In this document: piece by piece, positions 6,377-10,861 of the stretch | Layout: every line of letters starts with the position of its first letter | How positions within the stretch are numbered: the stretch's first letter is position 1 | NCBI GenBank assembly: GCA_963834385.1 | Contig: CAWIBO010000004.1 | Location: forward strand, 1 to 10,861 | Length of the DNA: 10,861 nt | Direction: 5' to 3' | DNA from: an uncultured Verrucomicrobiae bacterium | GTDB lineage: Bacteria > Verrucomicrobiota > Verrucomicrobiia > Chthoniobacterales > UBA10450 | Program-made: the position numbers and the translations under genes | Notes under the pieces: model-generated | Database searches by the model: none | What the model was told of the DNA's origin: nothing | What the model saw: the letters and a program-made list of their open reading frames with translations, nothing else

Positions 6377-6910
6377 CTACTTCGACCCTGCGCCCGGCGC
6401 AACCGTCTTTAGGTCGAGAATGCTGCCGTCCGCGAAGATGATGAGATTACCATTGCCATGCACGTCGCCCACTTCGACGAACCATGGCTGGCGCGCCCAC
6501 TTGTGGGGGGTGGTCGGCTTGTCGTCAAACGGGGTGGCCACGTAGTCGGTCCGCATGTTGGCCGGGTCTGTCAGGTCGGGATTGCCCAAAAGATTTTGGA
6601 TGGTCGGACAGATCCAGGTTTTGTCGGCCACGCTGAAGGGTTGCAGCGCGGTCATCCATGCCTGGGCATAATCGGAGCCGTCTTCATCCGCATCCGCCGA
6701 AATCTGCGGCCACATTCCGTGTTCCTGCAGATAAAGAGCCGCGCCGGTATGCAGGCCACGCAGATTGGTCATGCACTGGATGCGTTGCGCCCGGGCGCGC
6801 AGCTTTCCGATAAGGGGAAAACTGAGCGTGACGAGAATCGCGATGACCCCGAGCGCGACCAGCAACTCCATCAGGCTAAATGCGGCCTGGGCCTGAGCGC
6901 CGCGCTTCAC
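6377..6910 (-). CDS. Prepilin-type N-terminal cleavage/methylation domain protein with C-terminal H-X9-DG motif (PVC-type pilin/pseudopilin-like), 177 aa
   Basis: A|FSLMELLVALGVIAILVTLSFP (Phe+1, Glu+5, hydrophobic helix), then RARAQRIQCMTNLRGL, TWICP and H-GNGNLIIFA-DG (exactly H-X9-DG). GTG start. Confidence 0.88.
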   Translation of the reverse strand: MKRGAQAQAAFSLMELLVALGVIAILVTLSFPLIGKLRARAQRIQCMTNLRGLHTGAALYLQEHGMWPQISADADEDGSDYAQAWMTALQPFSVADKTWICPTIQNLLGNPDLTDPANMRTDYVATPFDDKPTTPHKWARQPWFVEVGDVHGNGNLIIFADGSILDLKTVAPGAGSK

Positions 6911-6921
6911 CAGCCGCGCTT

Positions 6922-7458
6922 TTATTGAACTTCGCTCTGCTTAAAGCCGCGGACCTTGTAGCCGATCTGGGTGAACGGGTTGTTCACTGTGAGCGAGTAC
7001 TGGACATTGGCGGTTCCGACGATGCGGGCCGAGGCAGAGCTGAGAACGTTTTTGTTCGACTTGATCTTGCCTTCAACTTTGCCCGCCGCGGTCGCTTCGA
7101 CGTCGAAAGGGGCCCCTTCGCCATCGCAACAGGTCGTATACGGAAACGAGGCATCAATTTCACCGAAGAGCTTCGCGCTGTCCGGATCGGCAATGCCGGT
7201 GATCGTGCCGTTGTAGGTTTGACCCGCGGTGAACAGAACCACTATGCCGGTGCCAAGCCCGGTGCGTGGGATCGTCATGCTGAACAGCCCGATGGAGTTG
7301 GCCCCGGGTGAAAGCGGGCCAGGCCGGAGAACACCGGCATAAATTCCCGTGGTCCGCACTTGCGAACCGCCATACTGGGGGCCACCGGGCACGGCAAAGC
7401 TTTGCGTGCACGTGAGAACAAGGCAGAGAAGGCAGCCGAAGAGGGATCGCATCATCAT
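6922..7458 (-). CDS. Hypothetical secreted beta-rich protein, 178 aa (start could be any of three consecutive Met codons)
   Basis: Signal peptide MMMRSLFGCLLCLVLTCTQSFA; mature part rich in Gly/Thr/Ser beta-strand patterns; co-oriented with both neighbours, with gaps of 32 and 11 nt. Confidence 0.75.
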   Translation of the reverse strand: MMMRSLFGCLLCLVLTCTQSFAVPGGPQYGGSQVRTTGIYAGVLRPGPLSPGANSIGLFSMTIPRTGLGTGIVVLFTAGQTYNGTITGIADPDSAKLFGEIDASFPYTTCCDGEGAPFDVEATAAGKVEGKIKSNKNVLSSASARIVGTANVQYSLTVNNPFTQIGYKVRGFKQSEVQ

Positions 7459-7490
7459 ATCATCTGGGGTTGGTTGTCTGGTTCAGGGAA

Positions 7491-10400
7491 CTAGCGGACA
7501 TTATAAACCTCCAGGAGGCTAACACCAGTCATGTCGGTGTAGCCACGCAAAACCGCGGTGTAGGAGCCCGGCGGAAGCGTCAGGGAAAGACCACTCTCGA
7601 GGGGATCGGAGGGGGCCAGGCCGGCCGCCTGCAGTTCAACCGCCTGCAGGGAATCCTGCTGCCAGTTGTCGTTGGACGAAAGGACGTTTCCGTCGGCGTC
7701 ATGCAGTGAAAGCTCTGGATCACTCAGAACATCGCTCACGCCGAAGGCGGCCAGGGAGGGTCCCAGGGCTCGCACCACAATGCGCGACGGATCGCTGTTC
7801 CCCAGGATAAAGCCACCGATCGTGACGTTGCTGCCCGTCCCAACGCGGGCGCGGCTGGAGAGATTCGCCAGGCGACTGGCGGCAGGCGGCGCATCGAAAT
7901 CGTAAGCTTCAAACAGGGCGTTCCCCGAAGTCGCGCCCGCCCCGCTCAGGACAGCGGTGTACCGGCCCACCGGCAGCGTCCGCAGGAGAGCGCTCTCAGC
8001 CGGATTGCCCGGGGCAAATCCGGCCGCCTGCAGCTCAGCGGCGCCGGAATCCGTCTGCCAATTATCGTTGATGGCAATGACCGTTCCATCCTGGTCGCGC
8101 AACTCCAGCACAGGGTCAGCCAGCGCCATGGGCACGCCCGCACCGGTCAGGGTGGGTCCGAGGCCGCGCAAGATGACACGCTTGGAGCTTCCGCCCTGGG
8201 CAATGAATCCGCCAATCAGAACATTGTCGCCCGTCCCGACAAAGGCCCGGGTGGAAACGTTCAGCGGCACGCCCATGAGCGGCGGCAGCGGGCCACGAAC
8301 GGATTCAACCGCCTTCAAGGCATCGACCAGGCCATGTCCATCCACAAAGGTCCAGCCCTGGCCAAGCTGATTGCCGAAGCCGCCAAAAATTCCCTCGAAC
8401 GAGTTGGTCACCGCCCGGAATTCCGCGCCCGCCAACAGGTCAGCCGAGTTGCCGCCCGCGCCCGATCCCTCGTAATCGCGATCAAGGCCGAAAGTGAAGG
8501 TGTACCCGGGTAGAAAGTTCGCGAACGTCAGCGTGAGAACACGGCCATCACCCGAGAGCGAAGGAGCCACGACAATGCCGTTGGGATTGCTCCCGACGGT
8601 GAAAGGGAACCCAAAAACCGGATCCTCATCGAAAATCAAACCGGCGTTGGTCAGATCAATACTGAGTTGCGCGAGTGATTGGCCGGGAGCGCCGGTAAAG
8701 GTCACGGTGAAAAAGTTGGGATCAGTCGCGCTGGCCGCAGTGGAATTTCCATGGGTCTGGATCGTGACCGAAGCCGTCCCTTTAACGCCCACCGCTGTGC
8801 TGCGGAAGGGATCAAGATCATGGGGCCGGGCCGTCTCTTGAAGTTTTGTCCGCACCTGCGCCGGGGTCAGGGAACCGGGACCGCCCGCTGCTTCCAGAAG
8901 CAGGGCGGCAACGCCGGCAGCCGTGGGGGCCGCTGCGCTCGTGCCGAAAAAGTTTGGGAAAGTGTTGTTATCGTAATCAAACCCAAAAAATGTCGTGTCG
9001 ACGGCGTCAGCCGCCGCCATGTCCGGTTTGAAACGGATCTCCGGTGTGGTCAACCGCTGCCCCTCCGCGTTGAAATAGAAGGCGAGCATTCCCCCGTTGG
9101 AGGTGAAATCCTCCACGGCGGGACGGTAGGGGCCTGGCGGCGGGTTCTGTTCCCCGGCGTTGTAAGTGGGATCCCTTTCCGGCGCGGAATTGTAGACGTA
9201 AGCCGCCACGGCATTGGCGCTCGCCGCAGTGGTATGACCGCTCATCGCAGTCGATTCGTAGGAGATATACGGGCCTTCCAGCGATTCCCCGAAGAACGAA
9301 ATAAATCGCAACTGTTTGGCCACCGGGCCACCCACCGGGGGCGGCGCCGGCGTGGCCAGGGTGATCACGACATAAAACGTCGACCCGACGTCGACCAGCG
9401 CGACCTCAATGGGCTCATCGGTGGCGACGTTGTTGTCCGTCCCGCTGTAGAAAGGGATGTAGGCGCCGGTTTCGTCGAAAACGAGAATGTTGTAGTCGGT
9501 CGTGATGGCCCCGGCATCAAAAGGATCGTCCCACTGGAAGAAAACGAAGGGGAGTCCATCCGTTGTCAGCGGCATGGCGATGGCCGCCGGACCGGACGTG
9601 TTCACATTATGAAACCCGCCGGCGTAAAGAGCGGGCGGAACGTCCGAGAAATCGAGCGGGATCTGCGGACCCGCGGCGGCGTCATTCGCGGCCAGGCCCT
9701 GGGTCTTGGACAAATGCCGGAGCGACGAGGAATAGCCGTAGTTGCTCTCGTTTCCGGCCGCCGCAAAATAGACCACTTTCTTTCCTGGCAGCGTTGATCC
9801 ATTGACCACGTCCTCGATGGCCTGGGAGAGGAGCCCGTCGGAAAAATAAGGCTCATCCGCGAAACCGATGTCGTCCACGATGATGTCGCAGTTCGCGGTT
9901 TTGTCGGCCCGCAGATTGCGAATGCTATAGGCCATGATGGCCTGCGTCTCCTGCACGGTGGAGAAGGCGAGGCGCGCTCCGGGCGCGATGTCATGGACAA
10001 TCTCGGCCATGGCCCGCCCTTCATCCGTCTGCCCGCCGTTTGGAGCGAAATTGTCATCAATGACAACCACAGGGTGGGTGTAACCGTTCGGGTTGCCGGT
10101 TCCGGGCAGATCACCGGAAGCGACCCCCACACTGGCGCGCGGGACCCCGGGGGCTGCGTCGAACGAGTCCGAGATAATCCCGACGCCGATCCCTGTTCCC
10201 TTGAGGCCTGCGGCCGTGAAAGCGCCCGCCGCGTTCACCTTGTCCGCACGATTGACCACGCTGCTCTGCGCTGTCACCGCCCCAACGCGCGCGCGCGGCT
10301 TCGGCGCCAGAAGAACGCTTTTGACGCCGGGCACCACCGCCGCGGTCGCGGCCTGTTCGATCGAAAGACGGGCTGAAACGATTCCTTTGCGCCAGTGCGT

Positions 10401-10721
10401 ATCGACGTGCAGCACTTCCACGCCAAGCGCGCGGAGCGCCGTGGCCACCTCGGTCGCCGGCTTCGCGCCGTTGAGATGGATATTGACCACCACGCGCCCG
10501 TCTTCGCGCATCTGCAGTCTTTCCGTCCGGGTGTTTTTGGCGCCAAAGCGCGGCAGATTACGCCCCTGGCCGGCGGCGAGCTGGCGCAGCCCGAGGCCGA
10601 CGTTCGGGGGAAGCTCGGTCGCGGGGGCGACCCCCACCGCCAGCGTGAGCATGAGCAGCGCGCTGACGAAAGGAATTATGGGCCGAGCGTGAATTCTCTG
10701 GGAGTTTGCCGTTCCAACCAT
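7491..10721 (-). CDS. Secreted S8/S53-like (subtilase superfamily) serine peptidase, 1076 aa, with propeptide, inserted domain, extra beta-domain and two tandem C-terminal domains
   Basis: Signal-like hydrophobic stretch; GTGIGVGIISDS; TDEGRAMAEIVHDIAPGA; DIIVDDI; oxyanion-region AAAGN; KPDMAAAD; nucleophile motif FFGTSAAAP (Ser codon 8937-8939); GHGLVDALKAV. Confidence 0.92.
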   Translation of the reverse strand: MVGTANSQRIHARPIIPFVSALLMLTLAVGVAPATELPPNVGLGLRQLAAGQGRNLPRFGAKNTRTERLQMREDGRVVVNIHLNGAKPATEVATALRALGVEVLHVDTHWRKGIVSARLSIEQAATAAVVPGVKSVLLAPKPRARVGAVTAQSSVVNRADKVNAAGAFTAAGLKGTGIGVGIISDSFDAAPGVPRASVGVASGDLPGTGNPNGYTHPVVVIDDNFAPNGGQTDEGRAMAEIVHDIAPGARLAFSTVQETQAIMAYSIRNLRADKTANCDIIVDDIGFADEPYFSDGLLSQAIEDVVNGSTLPGKKVVYFAAAGNESNYGYSSSLRHLSKTQGLAANDAAAGPQIPLDFSDVPPALYAGGFHNVNTSGPAAIAMPLTTDGLPFVFFQWDDPFDAGAITTDYNILVFDETGAYIPFYSGTDNNVATDEPIEVALVDVGSTFYVVITLATPAPPPVGGPVAKQLRFISFFGESLEGPYISYESTAMSGHTTAASANAVAAYVYNSAPERDPTYNAGEQNPPPGPYRPAVEDFTSNGGMLAFYFNAEGQRLTTPEIRFKPDMAAADAVDTTFFGFDYDNNTFPNFFGTSAAAPTAAGVAALLLEAAGGPGSLTPAQVRTKLQETARPHDLDPFRSTAVGVKGTASVTIQTHGNSTAASATDPNFFTVTFTGAPGQSLAQLSIDLTNAGLIFDEDPVFGFPFTVGSNPNGIVVAPSLSGDGRVLTLTFANFLPGYTFTFGLDRDYEGSGAGGNSADLLAGAEFRAVTNSFEGIFGGFGNQLGQGWTFVDGHGLVDALKAVESVRGPLPPLMGVPLNVSTRAFVGTGDNVLIGGFIAQGGSSKRVILRGLGPTLTGAGVPMALADPVLELRDQDGTVIAINDNWQTDSGAAELQAAGFAPGNPAESALLRTLPVGRYTAVLSGAGATSGNALFEAYDFDAPPAASRLANLSSRARVGTGSNVTIGGFILGNSDPSRIVVRALGPSLAAFGVSDVLSDPELSLHDADGNVLSSNDNWQQDSLQAVELQAAGLAPSDPLESGLSLTLPPGSYTAVLRGYTDMTGVSLLEVYNVR
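7494..8264 (-). repeat. Intragenic tandem duplication of a ~120-125-aa domain at the C-terminus of the peptidase (copies ~7899-8264 and ~7494-7871)
   Basis: LNVSTRAFVGTGDNVLIGGFI...VILRGLGPTL...DPVLEL.D.DG....NDNWQ....A.ELQAAG.AP....ES....TLP.G.YTAVL.G.....G..L.E.Y aligns with ANLSSRARVGTGSNVTIGGFI...IVVRALGPSL...DPELSL.D.DG....NDNWQ...ELQAAGLAP...ES...TLPPGSYTAVLRG...GVSLLEVY. Confidence 0.9.
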
Positions 10722-10861
10722 GTTTCCGGGGGGGCTTCGAGCGAAGCGGACGCGATTAGTAACAGAAGTTTAGCGGCCCGCAAGCCTCTTGTTCAGGCCC
10801 CGGCAGGTTCCAGCCGAAAATGGTCCGGGGACGTTCCGGTGTCCGCGGCCTCGCCCTCTTT

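Noticed and set aside
4470..6441. ORFs 4470..5870 (-), 5633..6262 (-) and 5662..6441 (+)
   Set aside because: They are Arg-rich shadow or alternative frames overlapping better-supported genes that have signal peptides.
8679..10692. + strand ORFs 8679..9797, 9993..10376 and 10093..10692
   Set aside because: They are antisense shadows of the subtilase gene.

Overview
High-GC bacterial chromosomal DNA. The protein families (tandem 'NxSxRxxVGTGxNVxIGGFI' C-terminal domains, an N-methylation/H-X9-DG pilin-like protein) point to Verrucomicrobiota, probably Chthoniobacterales-like; this is inference. The left half is housekeeping: a partial NifS/IscS-type cysteine desulfurase (missing from the ORF track because of a frameshift), a stand-alone LAB_N membrane protein, hisC overlapping mnmE, and pyrD. 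Five single-base indels can be located in nifS, hisC and pyrD; they are most simply long-read or assembly errors. Between mnmE and pyrD are two tandem ~150-bp elements (period 201 bp). Each is an inverted pair of REP-like arms, and each arm can fold into a GNA-triloop, tandem-GA DNA hairpin with covarying stems. The right half encodes only exported or surface proteins: a 337-aa uncharacterised protein with His/Asp/Glu motifs, a small OB-fold protein, and a convergent three-gene unit (1076-aa Glu-type subtilase, 178-aa secreted protein, pilin-like protein). No complete novel system is proven from sequence alone. The best leads are the hairpin repeat element, the pair of secreted OB-fold-like proteins and the subtilase's duplicated C-terminal domain.
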